Below are positions 21,149-31,666 of a stretch of 64,000 nucleotides of DNA, one piece after another. The stretch spans positions 736,001 to 800,000 of the forward strand of contig CBDCJH010000002.1 of NCBI GenBank assembly GCA_965217775.1, written 5' to 3'. Position 1 is the stretch's first letter. Every line of letters starts with the position of its first letter. A program made the position numbers and the translations under genes. Source of the DNA: Acidobacteriota bacterium (GTDB lineage Bacteria; Acidobacteriota; UBA6911; RPQK01; JAJDTT01). The notes under the pieces are model-generated. The model was given only the letters and a program-made list of their open reading frames with translations, had not been told where the DNA came from and did no database searches.

Positions 21149-22396
21149 ATGGAATCGGAAAAGCAGCCCAGATACGGTCTCTTGCAGGCACGTTGGATTC
21201 CCTGGTGCGCCGCCGCCTCCATCGTAGCGTCGCTCATTTCCATCGCGGCGGCCTACATTCTCGCCGGGACCGCCCTGCTCCTCTGGGTCATCGATACTCT
21301 CCGGCGGCGGCGCCTGCGCCTCCGTTGGCCACCTTTCGCGCTACCGCTTCTCCTCTATGTGATTTCCATCGGGATCGCCGTCCTCTTCTCGGAAGACCCC
21401 GGGACCAGTTCGAGCTCTCTAAAGAAGCTGGTGCGCTTCCTCTTCGTTCCCTTGATGTTCACGTGGTTCGGGATTGCTCACGTGGACTGGACCGTGAGGC
21501 GCATTCACTTGGTCTTGGGCGCCAGCGCCGCATACTCTCTGGCGCAATACTACTGGCTGATGGAGCCGGATCTGGCTCACCGGATCACCGGGTTCATGAG
21601 CCATTGGATGACCTTTTCCGGCCAGCTCATGATGGGGGCCGTCTCACTGGGGGTCTATCTGTGCCGGGAGCGGTTCAAGCCAGCCGGTTCCTCGACCGCG
21701 AACGGGGAAGAGAAGGGATGGCGTCGCCTGCCCTCCGTGGGGTTGCTCCTGTTGGGCGTCCTGATTTGGAGCCTGCTGGTGACCTTCACCCGCAACGCGT
21801 GGCTGGGAACGGCCGCGGGCGGCCTGCTGTTGGTGGTCTTGATGAAGAAGACCCGGGTGCTGCTGGTGCTGCTGGTGCTGATGGCCCTGTTGATCCTGTT
21901 GCCCACGCCGTTTCGGGATCGTCTCTACTCCGGCATGGATCTTAGCGACACCACGACCCAAGTCCGCCTGGAGATGGTCCGGGCCGGATCTCGTCTCATT
22001 GCCGACCATCCCTGGACCGGGGTCGGACCCGGCATGGTTTCCCGAGAGGTTCTCAAGTATCGGTCACACCAGGAATACCCCGACTGGGCCTACCAGCACC
22101 TGCACAACAATTTCCTCCAGGTGGCCGCCGAAACCGGCCTCGTGGGGCTGGCGTTCTGGCTGGCGCTCTGGATCGTCCTGATCCGGGACCTGATCCGGAT
22201 GTGGCTCCGGTCCGAATCTGAATGGGTCCGCTTCCTGAGTCTGAACGGGCTCTGCATCTCGGTGGCCTTTCACGTGGCAGGTTGCCTGGAGTACAACTTC
22301 GGCGATTCGGAGGTGCTGATCCTGCTGCTGTTCTTCCTGACGGCTCCGTATGCGGTCCAATACCGCAGGTTGGCGAGGAAGGATCTAAAGGATTGA
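21149..22396 (+). CDS. O-antigen ligase family (Wzy_C) membrane protein
   Basis: Many TM segments, TFTRNAWLG, HPWTGVGPG, HLHNNFLQVAAETG. Confidence 0.88.
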   Translation: MESEKQPRYGLLQARWIPWCAAASIVASLISIAAAYILAGTALLLWVIDTLRRRRLRLRWPPFALPLLLYVISIGIAVLFSEDPGTSSSSLKKLVRFLFVPLMFTWFGIAHVDWTVRRIHLVLGASAAYSLAQYYWLMEPDLAHRITGFMSHWMTFSGQLMMGAVSLGVYLCRERFKPAGSSTANGEEKGWRRLPSVGLLLLGVLIWSLLVTFTRNAWLGTAAGGLLLVVLMKKTRVLLVLLVLMALLILLPTPFRDRLYSGMDLSDTTTQVRLEMVRAGSRLIADHPWTGVGPGMVSREVLKYRSHQEYPDWAYQHLHNNFLQVAAETGLVGLAFWLALWIVLIRDLIRMWLRSESEWVRFLSLNGLCISVAFHVAGCLEYNFGDSEVLILLLFFLTAPYAVQYRRLARKDLKD

Positions 22397-22500
22397 GGCG
22401 TTTCTGAATTGCGGAGAACCGGAGCGTTCTTCCAGCCAACGGCGAAAGGCGACTCATGGATGCCGTGATTCAGGGACGCCGGTAGCACGCGTGAAGGACT

Positions 22501-23477
22501 TCAAGGGCTGGCTTCATCGAGATCGCAATCACCATCGAAACATTTTCGGTCTGGCGGGGTGTTGGTAAACTGGACCGCACCCGATGCCAGTGTGTCCTGC
22601 CGGAGCACCGTAAGGTGTATGAATTTCTCGGCATTGATCATCATGGTTCCCACAAAATCTTCCGGCAGGTCTGGAAACAACTCGTCCACGAACTGAGCCT
22701 GATGCCCCTCCTAGCAGTCCGTGGTGAAAGTCCCGCGAGCACCGAGACCGTTCCTGCGCCCGCCGGACAAGGCGCGATTCGGGTGCATACCGGGAGTATG
22801 TGCCCGAATCGCAACGCCGTCCGCCGGGATGCAGGGACGGTCGAATGCCGTGATGACTTTTGCCACGGGCTGGTAGGGCACCGTCTTGATTTCGAAGGGC
22901 ATACCCTCCGGGTCGAAAATCCCGACGCGAATCTCCTCAGGTCTCAAGGGCACGATGGGGGCTACGGCCACCCAGGCGAACCCGGTTCTGGTGCGGGAGT
23001 TCTGCTGGACCGGAAAGGCGAAATAAAGCCTCCCTCCGTAATGCCGGAGCCCACAGAGTCAATCAGTTGTCCATTTTGTTTCAGTTGGTAGATGAGCGTT
23101 GTAGCGACATCACCGTAAAAGAAAGACCGGTCGCCTTCAATATCGAGGTATCCGGTACGGACCGTAGAGCCACCTGAAATGACGAAGATGGCGGACCCGG
23201 CGGGTTCAAGGGACACCGGAATTTTGTGGAACCACTGAAGTCCTCGCCGTTGACGGCCCATTCCCCCTCCCAGGTCCTGGTCGTCGCCGGTCCCGAGCGT
23301 GATTTCGCCTCTCCATGGTTCAGTGAGAACCTTGTTCGAAACCATGAAAACGCATTCGTAGGATAATCCGGTATCGCTTTCCCCGAGCGGAAATTGGGCG
23401 TAATGGATTCGGGGCCAGCCAGAAGCCATGGACGCGCCGAATACAAGCAGGCAGATTACTGAGATTTTGCCCTTCAT
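22501..23477 (-). pseudogene. Exported hypothetical protein disrupted by a MITE and frameshifts
   Basis: Signal peptide MKGKISVICLLVFGASMASG; coding-like sequence switches frames near 23260 and 23000; removing the MITE plus one target copy restores KTVPYEGHQAQFVDELFP. Confidence 0.7.
22715..22872 (+). mobile_element. 158-bp MITE, family A copy 1
   Basis: Imperfect TIRs cagtccgtggtgaaagtc / gacttttgccacgggctg; flanks ctag/gtag; appears identical to 45630-45787. Confidence 0.9.
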
Positions 23478-23820
23478 CGCGTTTTCCTCCGGTTAGGACG
23501 ATTCTTGACAACCTCGAACCCGATTCCACCGGGTGCCACCTGCAACCCGGTCACTGGAACTGACGGTTCCCGGCGAAGAAAGATTCAGCGGTGTCGGTGT
23601 GGCCCATACCAGCTACGGGCGGACGCATCTACTTCCCGGACGACGAACGGGGATCCTGGTGCACGGCCACTCGCAGCAGCCCGGTCACCGTAGTCGAAGC
23701 TCAAGCGTCGGTTTCATGCTTGGCTTCAGGGAGCCCGCTCTAACTTCTCGATCCTTGCTCATTGACTCGACTATGTGTATGATATGGATCTTAAATACAC
23801 ATCAATCGGAGGATCTCCAT

Positions 23821-24015
23821 ATGCGTACGAACATCGTCATTGACGACGACCTCTTGGAACGCGCCATGCGCGCGACCGGGGCAAAAACCAAGCGCCAAGT
23901 CGTGGAACTCGGCTTGGCCTCGTTGATTAGATTGAAGGAACAGGAAGAAATCCGCGCCTTGCGCGGCAAGCTTCGTTGGACGGGTGATCTGGAGAAGATG
24001 AGGCGAGACCGATGA
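23821..24015 (+). CDS. vapB: VapB-family antitoxin
   Basis: MRTNIVIDDDLLERAMRATGAKTKRQVVELGL...LRWTGDLEKMRRDR; upstream inverted repeat tgtgtat...atacaca. Confidence 0.9.
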   Translation: MRTNIVIDDDLLERAMRATGAKTKRQVVELGLASLIRLKEQEEIRALRGKLRWTGDLEKMRRDR

Positions 24016-24413
24016 TTCTGGTCGATTCCAGTGTCTGGATCGATTTCTTCAATGGTATTCCATCACCAGAAACCGATCGTCTCGATGGCCTGTTGGGACA
24101 GGATATGGTGGCAACCGGCGACCTGATTCTGGTGGAAGTCCTCCAGGGATTTCGCAACGACCCGGATTTCAGGGCGGCGCAGCAAGCACTGTCGAAGCTG
24201 CCGTCTTTCGACCTGCTCGGACGAGAACGGTCGCATCGGGTTGCCGTGCGCTATCGAAGACTGCGCAGGAACGGAGTCACGATCCGCAATACCGTCGACG
24301 TCGTCATCGCCTCCTTTTGCGTCGACGAGGGGATCCCGTTGCTGTTCTCCGACCGTGACTTCCTGCCTATGGTCAAATATCTGGGTCTGAAGCCGGTGAT
24401 ATATCTCCACTGA
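24012..24413 (+). CDS. vapC: VapC PIN toxin
   Basis: MILVDSSVWIDF...EVLQG...TVDVVIA...SDRDF; ATGA overlap. Confidence 0.92.
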   Translation: MILVDSSVWIDFFNGIPSPETDRLDGLLGQDMVATGDLILVEVLQGFRNDPDFRAAQQALSKLPSFDLLGRERSHRVAVRYRRLRRNGVTIRNTVDVVIASFCVDEGIPLLFSDRDFLPMVKYLGLKPVIYLH

Positions 24414-24457
24414 ACTGTCCGTCTGCCGGTCCTCGCACAGCAGCACGATCCTCGTGC

Positions 24458-25269
24458 TCACCGTTCCCAGCCCCGGGCGATGGTTTCCGAAAGCGACAGT
24501 CCGTCTACGGAGACCTTTGGCTCCGGGTGCACCCGCACGGAACCGTCTTCTTCCCGGTAGAACCACCGGCCGCCGGCGCCCGCCATGTAATCGATGGTCA
24601 CCGGATGATGCGAGACGACGACCACTTGCTCCAGCGACTCTCCGCAGCACTCGACGGCGTGAGCCAGCCAAGGCTGAATCTCCCTCAGGGCGAGAAAGTT
24701 GTCCGGTTCGTCGATGAACAACGACGTTCGGCGCTCGCCGGACAGGAGCCGACCACGATGTAGCTCGCCACCTCCTGCTTGAACCGAGTGAGCTTCCGAT
24801 TGTCCGGTCGGGCGTTCAGGACGCCGATTCCCGACTGCGACCAGTCGAACGGGTACGAAGGGCCCTTCCCGTAATCGTCGTGATAGAGCTGCGCTTCGCC
24901 GTTCCTGAACTCGAAAATCGGTTTCTCCCTGTGTTGTAGGGTCTCCTCGATGATCCGCATTCTGCGGTGGTCGGGAGTGTGCTCCACGGTCAGTGTGTAC
25001 CGATAGGAGTCACCGTCGGTGCTGGTTTCTAACTCAAAGCGCTGTTTCCGGCGGTCGTGGTGAGGGTCTTCGTGCAGCGAGATGTCTCGTGCCGGAAACG
25101 CCGCCTCGACCTTCGAACCCCGCACCACCAGGTTCCGGATGCTCCTCAAAACGTTCAGGATCGAGGTCCTGCCCGTGCCGTTGTGCCCCAAGAGGACACA
25201 AGCCTGGTCGAGCTCGACTTCAAAGTTCTTCAGACAGCGGAAGTTGTCCGCGTAGAATCGCTTCAGCAC
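24458..25269 (-). pseudogene. ABC/AAA_21 ATPase with internal deletion
   Basis: MLKRFYADNFRCL, degenerate Walker A GHNGTGRTS; out-of-frame jump near 24735 to FIDEPDN...VVSHHP; the central region is missing. Confidence 0.75.
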
Positions 25270-25364
25270 GAAGAATCACCTCTCCATTCGGCCTGATCCT
25301 GTCGAACCGGACATTTTGAAACCAGCGCCGGAGGCGCGCCTTGGAATCGTCTCGGTGGGGTTAC

Positions 25365-25522
25365 CAGCCCGTGGCAAAAGTCGTCACGGCATTCGACCGG
25401 CCCTGCATCCCGGCGGACTGCGTTGCGACTCGGTCACATACTCCCGGTATGCTCCCTCATCGCGCCTTGCCCGGCGGGCGCAGGACCGGTCTCGGTGCTC
25501 GCGGGACTTTCACCACGGACTG
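25365..25522 (-). mobile_element. 158-bp MITE, family A copy 2 (diverged, inverted)
   Basis: Same TIRs and length; perfect 4-bp TSD ttac (25361-25364 and 25523-25526). Confidence 0.9.
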
Positions 25523-25593
25523 TTACAGGTCAAGCGCCGCGCGGCGGCGGTATTTGACCCACGTCTTCATTCGATGGCCCGATCCGAGAGAGT

Positions 25594-26019
25594 TCAGTAC
25601 TCGGAGGACGCCGGTTTCCGGCGCATTTGCTTGGTCCGGCTGCGATGCGCCTTGTCTTCGAGACGTCGCACTCTGGAGCGAGTCGGAATACGGGTTCCGT
25701 AGCGCTTTTTCCGCTTCTCCAGAGCCGACGCCAGCAACAACCGGAAACGTTTCAGAGTCTCCTGCCGGTTCCTCCATTGACTCCGGTGTCGTTGAGAAAC
25801 CACCCGCAGTTCGCCTCGGCGGTTTAGGTGACTGGCGAGTCGCCGTCGCAGTTCGGCCTTCTGCTCGGTGGCCAGGCTGCCGGAGCTCATCAGGTCGAAG
25901 ACGAGGGTGACCCGGGTGTCCACTTTGTTGACGTTCTGCCCGCCCGGCCCGCTGCTGCGGGAGAAGGAGAAGCGGAGTTCGTTCTCCTCGATGTCGACGC
26001 CTTCCCGGATGTGCACCAT
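25594..26019 (-). CDS. arfB: Alternative ribosome-rescue peptidyl-tRNA hydrolase ArfB
   Basis: RSSGPGGQNVNKV, RSQWRNR, basic C-terminal tail. Confidence 0.93.
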   Translation of the reverse strand: MVHIREGVDIEENELRFSFSRSSGPGGQNVNKVDTRVTLVFDLMSSGSLATEQKAELRRRLASHLNRRGELRVVSQRHRSQWRNRQETLKRFRLLLASALEKRKKRYGTRIPTRSRVRRLEDKAHRSRTKQMRRKPASSEY

Positions 26020-26323
26020 CGTTCGCTCCCTGGGCGGTCCATTGTAGCAATCGGAGCTCCGACGGAGCGGAAGCAGAGGGGTGGCCCGCCGCTGTCGGGC
26101 GTTGCGCCATGGATGAGGGGACCCCGTTGCCGTTCTCCGAGGGTCCACCTCCTAAGCCGGGGTAGCCGGAATCAAAAATTCTTCGCCGGAGCGGCGGCGC
26201 TCCAACTCCCGGGCCTTCAATTGGCAGCGTCTTGCTCCGATTTGGACCGAAGAGGGCGCCCACAAGGGGCGCCCCTACCCCCGACTACGGTGATAATCTC
26301 TGATCTGTAAGGGGAAATGGACC

Positions 26324-27424
26324 ATGGGGATCAAGGTCGGCATCCTGGGCACTCGCGGGATTCCCGCCAACTACGGTGGATTCGAGACCTTTGCCGAGGA
26401 GTTGGCGGTCCGTCTGGTCCGCCGGGGGCACCAGGTCACGGTCTACGGGCGGAGCCATTTCGTGGATCCGAAGCTCACGTCCTACAAGGGAGTGCGCATA
26501 CGGGTCCTGCCTGCGATCCGGCACAAGTACCTGGAGACGGTCTCCCACACTGCCCTTTCCGTCTGGTCCGCCTGTTTTCGAGGCTACGACGTCTACCTGG
26601 TGTGCAACGCTGCCAATGCCTTCCTCTGTTGGCTCCCCCGTTTGGCGGGGCAGAAGGTGGTGCTCAACGTGGACGGCATCGAACGAAAGAGGAAAAAGTG
26701 GAACTGGGCCGGCCGGACCTTCCATCGAATGGGCGAGTCCCTGGCCGTCCGTTTTCCCGATTGCTTCGTGACCGACGCCAGGACGACCCAGGAGTACTAT
26801 CGGCGCCGTTACGGCCGGGAATCGCCGTTCATTCCGTACGGGGCGCCGGTGGGTCGCCTGGAGAGCCGTGAGGTCCTGTCGCAACTGGGCCTGGAGCCAA
26901 ATCGGTATCTGTTGTTCGTGAGCCGGCTGGAACCGGAGAACAACGCCCATCGGGTGATCCGCGCCTATCGGGAATCGGGCCTGGAGATCCCGCTGGTGGT
27001 GGTGGGCGACGCACCTTACAACCGTCCCTACATCGACCATCTGCGGCAGTTGGCGCTCGGGACCAACGTCCTGTTGCCGGGAGCCATTTACGGCCAGGGG
27101 TACCGGGAACTCCTCTCCCACTGCCGCTGCTACGTCTACGGGGGGGAGATCGGCGGGATCCATCCCGGTTTGCTGGAGGCCATGGGAGCCGGTTGCCTGG
27201 TCCTGGTCAACGACATCCCGGAGAACCGGGAGGCCGTGGGCGACGCCGGTATCTTCTACCCCTTCAACCAGGAGGAACGGCTCGCCCAACTCATGGCCAG
27301 GGTCTGCGGGAGGCCTGAAGATTACCGGGAACTGCGGAAGGCGGCGGAGGATCGGGTTCGTCGCCGGTTCGACTGGGAGCGAATCACCGAGCAGTATGAG
27401 GAGTTGTTCTACGGGCTACTGTGA
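26324..27424 (+). CDS. GT4 glycosyltransferase (DUF1972-type N-terminus)
   Basis: GTRGIPANYGGFETFAEEL, NVDGIE, SRLEPENN, LLEAMG. Confidence 0.9.
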   Translation: MGIKVGILGTRGIPANYGGFETFAEELAVRLVRRGHQVTVYGRSHFVDPKLTSYKGVRIRVLPAIRHKYLETVSHTALSVWSACFRGYDVYLVCNAANAFLCWLPRLAGQKVVLNVDGIERKRKKWNWAGRTFHRMGESLAVRFPDCFVTDARTTQEYYRRRYGRESPFIPYGAPVGRLESREVLSQLGLEPNRYLLFVSRLEPENNAHRVIRAYRESGLEIPLVVVGDAPYNRPYIDHLRQLALGTNVLLPGAIYGQGYRELLSHCRCYVYGGEIGGIHPGLLEAMGAGCLVLVNDIPENREAVGDAGIFYPFNQEERLAQLMARVCGRPEDYRELRKAAEDRVRRRFDWERITEQYEELFYGLL

Positions 27425-27442
27425 CTTCGCCGCGGCGTCACC

Positions 27443-28711
27443 CTATGCCTCGACCATCTCCTCGTTCTCGGAATCCCAGGTCATGAGCTTCCTTCGAGCC
27501 CAAGACTCGTTGCACATGACCACGGCGACCACTCCTCGCATGCCCAACTCGGCCGGACACGCCAGTTTCTTGCCGTCCCGAATGGCCGACTGCAGGTTGC
27601 GATGGTGGAGCGCCATGTCCTCGGCGCCCGTCTTCCTGTGGGTGTCCACGACCTTGCCGGTTTTCTGATCCAGGATCTTCCAACCTCTCTTGGTGAAGAG
27701 CAGGGTGGCCTTGTGTCCGCGGATACAGTGCTCGACACCGTGCTTGTTCGCCATGGTGCCCAGCATGTGAAGCGTCATCCCATTGGTGATTCCTTTCACC
27801 GCGGGATATTCGGCGATCATCTCCAGGTTGTCGGGCACGTCCCGGCCGTCGTCCCAGATGTAGATTCCCCCCAGCCCCGCTACCGAGTTCGGATACGTCA
27901 GTTCGCAGGCTTTCAGCACACGGGTGAGACGGTGAATGAACAGGTCCGTCGAGATCCCTCCCGAGTAGTCCCTGTAGTTGCGCCACTCGAAGTAGCGGTG
28001 GGGGGACCAGGGACGCTTGGTCGCCGGCCCCAGCCAGCGGTTCCAGTCCAGATCCGGAGGTTTCGGTGCGTTGGAGCGGATGCCCCTGCGCCAGGGCCCC
28101 TTATGGAGCGGGTGATTGCGGACATACTCCATCTGGGCTTCCACTACGGTGCCCAGCTTGCCGGCCCGGATGGCCCGATTGGCGCTGGAGTAGCTGTTGT
28201 CGCTCATCCCCTGGACACCGACCTGCATCTTGAGACCCGTCTCCCGGACCCGTCGAACCACCTCCTGAGATTCGGGAATGGTGTGGGTCATGGGCTTTTC
28301 GCAATAGACGTGCTTTCCCGCGTCCAGTGCGTCCAGGGTTTGCCGGTGGTGCCAGTGCTCCGGCGTGGCGATGACGACGTAATCCACGTCCTTCATCTCC
28401 AGCAGGTCCTGGTGGTGGACCTTTTCGACGGCTCTCCCACCCGCCTTCGAGATCCGATCCTGGAACTTCCGGGCCCGGCTCCGGTAGACGTCCGACACGG
28501 CCACCACCTCGACGTTGGCGCTCTCGGACATCTTCAGCAGCTTGGGCAGGTGGTGGCTGCCGGCGATCTTTCCGCAGCCGATGATGCCGATGCGGAGCCG
28601 ATGATTGGCCCCCAGGACCCGCCCGTAGCTTCGAGCCGAGAGAGCGGCAGCGGTGAGTGCGGTTTTCCGGAAGAATCCTCTTCGATCGAACTCTGATTTC
28701 TTGAGTGGCAT
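27443..28711 (-). CDS. Gfo/Idh/MocA oxidoreductase with Tat signal
   Basis: DRRGFF, IGIIGCG, IATPEHWH, CEKP. Confidence 0.9.
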   Translation of the reverse strand: MPLKKSEFDRRGFFRKTALTAAALSARSYGRVLGANHRLRIGIIGCGKIAGSHHLPKLLKMSESANVEVVAVSDVYRSRARKFQDRISKAGGRAVEKVHHQDLLEMKDVDYVVIATPEHWHHRQTLDALDAGKHVYCEKPMTHTIPESQEVVRRVRETGLKMQVGVQGMSDNSYSSANRAIRAGKLGTVVEAQMEYVRNHPLHKGPWRRGIRSNAPKPPDLDWNRWLGPATKRPWSPHRYFEWRNYRDYSGGISTDLFIHRLTRVLKACELTYPNSVAGLGGIYIWDDGRDVPDNLEMIAEYPAVKGITNGMTLHMLGTMANKHGVEHCIRGHKATLLFTKRGWKILDQKTGKVVDTHRKTGAEDMALHHRNLQSAIRDGKKLACPAELGMRGVVAVVMCNESWARRKLMTWDSENEEMVEA

Positions 28712-28756
28712 GGCCTGACCACTATAGTCCCGTGCGCCGACAAAAAGGAAGATGCG

Positions 28757-28897
28757 GGGAGCGGCGACTTTCTTGTCGCCGACCAGAGGGGGTTAGGGGG
28801 TTCGGAGTCCCCCCTCTACACTTTCCATTGGTGGAATGGAAGACGGGGCGACTGGAAATCGCCCTTCCGGGTGGGCGACTGGGAAGTCGCCCCTCCG
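28757..28897. repeat. Cluster of GGAG-type REP-like palindromes (BIME-like)
   Basis: ggagcggcgactttcttgtcgccg facing ggggcgactggaaatcgcccttcc and gggcgactgggaagtcgcccctcc. Confidence 0.6.
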
Positions 28898-28906
28898 TGC
28901 GCCGGC

Positions 28907-29677
28907 CTAACTGAACACCCGGCCGCCACAGACGTTGATGGACTGCCCGTTGATGCCTCTGGCTTCGTCCCGGGCCAGTTGAACGGCCAGGATGGCGACC
29001 TCCTCGGGTACCAGGCGGCGGCCCAAAGGCGTGGATTCCTTCTCCAACTGTTCGAAGCTGACTCCCAGCCGTTGCGAGTCGTACTCCAGGCGCCGGTCGT
29101 TGAGGCGGGAGCGCGTCACGCCGGGACAGACGGCATTGGCGGTGATCCCGTGGGGGGCTCCTTCCACGGCCGTGCTGCGGGTCAACCCCAACAGGCCGTG
29201 CTTGCTGGCGCCATAGGCGGCGGCGTGCTCGTTTCCGATCCTGCCGGCGATGGACGAGACATTGATGATTCGTCCCCATCCCTGGTCCATCATGGAAGGG
29301 AGGACCAGCTTGGTGAGGAGGTAGGGAGCGGTCAGGTTGACCCTGAGCGTCAGGTCCCAGAAGTCGTCGTCGAAATCGACCAGGGCTTTGGGATTCTGAC
29401 TGCTTCCCACGCCGGCGTTGTTGACCAGGATCTCGATGGGACCCCAGGTCTCGGTGACGGTTCGGACGATGCGGGCCGGCGCCGATCGGTCGGACAGGTC
29501 GCCGGGGACCACCAGTGCGTCTCCACCCCCGGCTTTCACTTCCCGGGCCAAATTCTCCAGCTCGTCCACGCTGCGCGCGGTGACGGCGACTCGGGCACCT
29601 TCGGCGGCGAGTCCGACCGCGATAGCGCGTCCGATGCCACGGCCGGCCCCGGTCACTAAGGAAATGCGATTCACCAT
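28907..29677 (-). CDS. Short-chain dehydrogenase/reductase
   Basis: TGAGRGIG, NNAG, YGASK. Confidence 0.93.
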   Translation of the reverse strand: MVNRISLVTGAGRGIGRAIAVGLAAEGARVAVTARSVDELENLAREVKAGGGDALVVPGDLSDRSAPARIVRTVTETWGPIEILVNNAGVGSSQNPKALVDFDDDFWDLTLRVNLTAPYLLTKLVLPSMMDQGWGRIINVSSIAGRIGNEHAAAYGASKHGLLGLTRSTAVEGAPHGITANAVCPGVTRSRLNDRRLEYDSQRLGVSFEQLEKESTPLGRRLVPEEVAILAVQLARDEARGINGQSINVCGGRVFS

Positions 29678-29713
29678 GGGATCAGTCCCCCCTCTTGGGA
29701 GTGCGGTGCGGGT

Positions 29714-31660
29714 TCACTCGGGGAAGAAGCTCAAGTCCCAGTCGCCCAATTTTCGCAGTCGTGAGAAGGGCAGCACTTCCGCAGGCTGTCCCGCTCTCAG
29801 CCAGGCGGCGATCTCTTCGGCGTGTCCGAGGCGTCGCAGGGCCAGTGAGGAGGCGCTGCCGTGGATGACCGTGTCCCAGAAAGCCAAATACTCGACTCCC
29901 GAGCCGTACAAGGCATGGGCCTTTCGCCGGTATTCAGCCACCGGCAGGTTGCGGGGCATGACGTTCAGGGCGAGCTTGGTCCCCGTCCCCCGGGTCAGGG
30001 ACAACCACGCGGCCACGTCCTGCGGGTCCTCCCAAGACGGCTGCCAACTGAAGAGGTGTTTGGCCGACGAGTAGGGGATCAGAGTGTCCACCAGCCCCTC
30101 CCGCACCCAGGTCTCGGGATCCAATCCGAATTCCAGGTTCTCCTCCAGGCTGCCGAAGACCCAGGCCGTGATCTCGTAGGGCTGGTCACGGCCCTGCTCC
30201 CGGGCCGATTCTTCCAGCGTCCGGCGCAGGTCCTTCATGAATTGGGTGGCGGCCCGGCTCCGGTAGGCCAACCAGTCGCGCCACTCCGGGCCCTGCTCGT
30301 CCAGCTCCCTGGGGTCCTTGCCGAACTCTCCTTGAAAACCCTCCACCAGGGGAGCTTCATACTCGACGTACGGGGGCTGGCGGTTGTAGAGGATGGCGAT
30401 GCCGTCGACGGAATAGGCGGCCATCTCCCGCACGAAACTCAGCATGTAGTCTCGAACTCCCGGAAAGGCCAGAGACATGGCGGTCCCGGGCGTGCCGTCC
30501 CGGCGCACGGTCCTCCACTCGGGATGCCGGTCCCAGAAGCCTCCCCGGTTGAAGGCTTCCCAGGGCGGCGGCCAGTAGAAGGGTCCCCACCCCAGCCGGT
30601 AGTTGGCGTGGATCTCGAGACCCATCTCGTGGGCGGCGTCGACCGCCACCTGGAGGGGGTCGATGCCCTTCTCCACGTATTCGGTCCAGGTCTCGACCAG
30701 CAGCCGGTCGCCTATCCTGACGAAATCCTCCAGAGGATAGTGTTCCCGGGTCCACATCCTTCCGACTTTGGTGAAATAGTTGCAGACGTCCCCGTGGATC
30801 CCGTCCCAGTAGATCCGACGGAAGTCGGTGTCGCGATAGGGTTCCAGGTGCGAGCGGACGAACTCGGCCGAGGCCGGCTCCGCGCGCCCCCAGGCCACGG
30901 CCCAGGAGTCGTTGTAGCCGAAGAGCCGGCGGGTGCCGGTACGCGCCTGATCCTGATCGAGGGTTGCCACCTCTTCCGAATTCAGCGGTACCAGCTTGAC
31001 ATAGGCGATCCAGGCCTTCTCGCAGGGGTTGCCGTACTCCTGGTCCGGCGGGACGACCCGTTGGCAGGGTTGCCGCAAGATGAGGTCCTGTCCGCTCAGA
31101 TCGGCGGTCTTGAAATAGACGTCCTGAATCCGGGGCCCCCGGACGGTGTCGTCCTCAGGCACCCCCGAGGCCAGGCCCTCCGGAGCCGGCAGGAACAGCG
31201 TCGAAAAAGCCGGGTCGCCACTCAGCTTGGCCCGCACGTTCAGGTTCTGGTAGGGTCTCCAGGCGGTATTGAACATGCCGACGTAGACGTCGTGGACGCC
31301 CGTCGTGTCCAGACCTAGAGTCAGGTCGGGCGCCTGCGCCTCCTCTCCCGCAAAGACCAGGGTTCCCTTGAAGTCCTCGGTTTCGTAGTCGATGAGTCTC
31401 CAGGCGAAGCGTTTCTCCTGGCGGGTCAGGGCCGAGGCCGGCTGGGCCCGGCTGAGATCGGTGAAGTAGATGGGAGTTTCGGTCCGATGGAAGATGGGGA
31501 GTCGGCCGTCCTCCCGAGTCTCGACCGGCGCCGGTTGAGTACAGGCCGGGAATAGAATTGCAGCGGCCAGGACCATGAAGGACAGGGCCCGGTTGCCGGA
31601 GCCGTCCGAAGCGGCGGTGAGATGCTTCCGGTCGGACACGATTTCCGGCTTCATGATCAC
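29714..31660 (-). CDS. Putative lipoprotein with GHL10-like TIM-barrel domain
   Basis: Lipobox-like FPAC; AAHEMGLEIHANYR...HPEW...VDGI...WVREGLVD. Confidence 0.6.
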   Translation of the reverse strand: MIMKPEIVSDRKHLTAASDGSGNRALSFMVLAAAILFPACTQPAPVETREDGRLPIFHRTETPIYFTDLSRAQPASALTRQEKRFAWRLIDYETEDFKGTLVFAGEEAQAPDLTLGLDTTGVHDVYVGMFNTAWRPYQNLNVRAKLSGDPAFSTLFLPAPEGLASGVPEDDTVRGPRIQDVYFKTADLSGQDLILRQPCQRVVPPDQEYGNPCEKAWIAYVKLVPLNSEEVATLDQDQARTGTRRLFGYNDSWAVAWGRAEPASAEFVRSHLEPYRDTDFRRIYWDGIHGDVCNYFTKVGRMWTREHYPLEDFVRIGDRLLVETWTEYVEKGIDPLQVAVDAAHEMGLEIHANYRLGWGPFYWPPPWEAFNRGGFWDRHPEWRTVRRDGTPGTAMSLAFPGVRDYMLSFVREMAAYSVDGIAILYNRQPPYVEYEAPLVEGFQGEFGKDPRELDEQGPEWRDWLAYRSRAATQFMKDLRRTLEESAREQGRDQPYEITAWVFGSLEENLEFGLDPETWVREGLVDTLIPYSSAKHLFSWQPSWEDPQDVAAWLSLTRGTGTKLALNVMPRNLPVAEYRRKAHALYGSGVEYLAFWDTVIHGSASSLALRRLGHAEEIAAWLRAGQPAEVLPFSRLRKLGDWDLSFFPE

Positions 31661-31666
31661 TGTCCT

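Noticed and set aside
22711-22971. ORFs reading through the MITEs (22711-22971, 25316-25702, 45615-46091)
   Set aside because: Shared peptide text derives from the repeated MITE sequence, not from a protein family.
23480-23760. Possible degraded gene remnant upstream of vapB
   Set aside because: Too degenerate to assign by eye.
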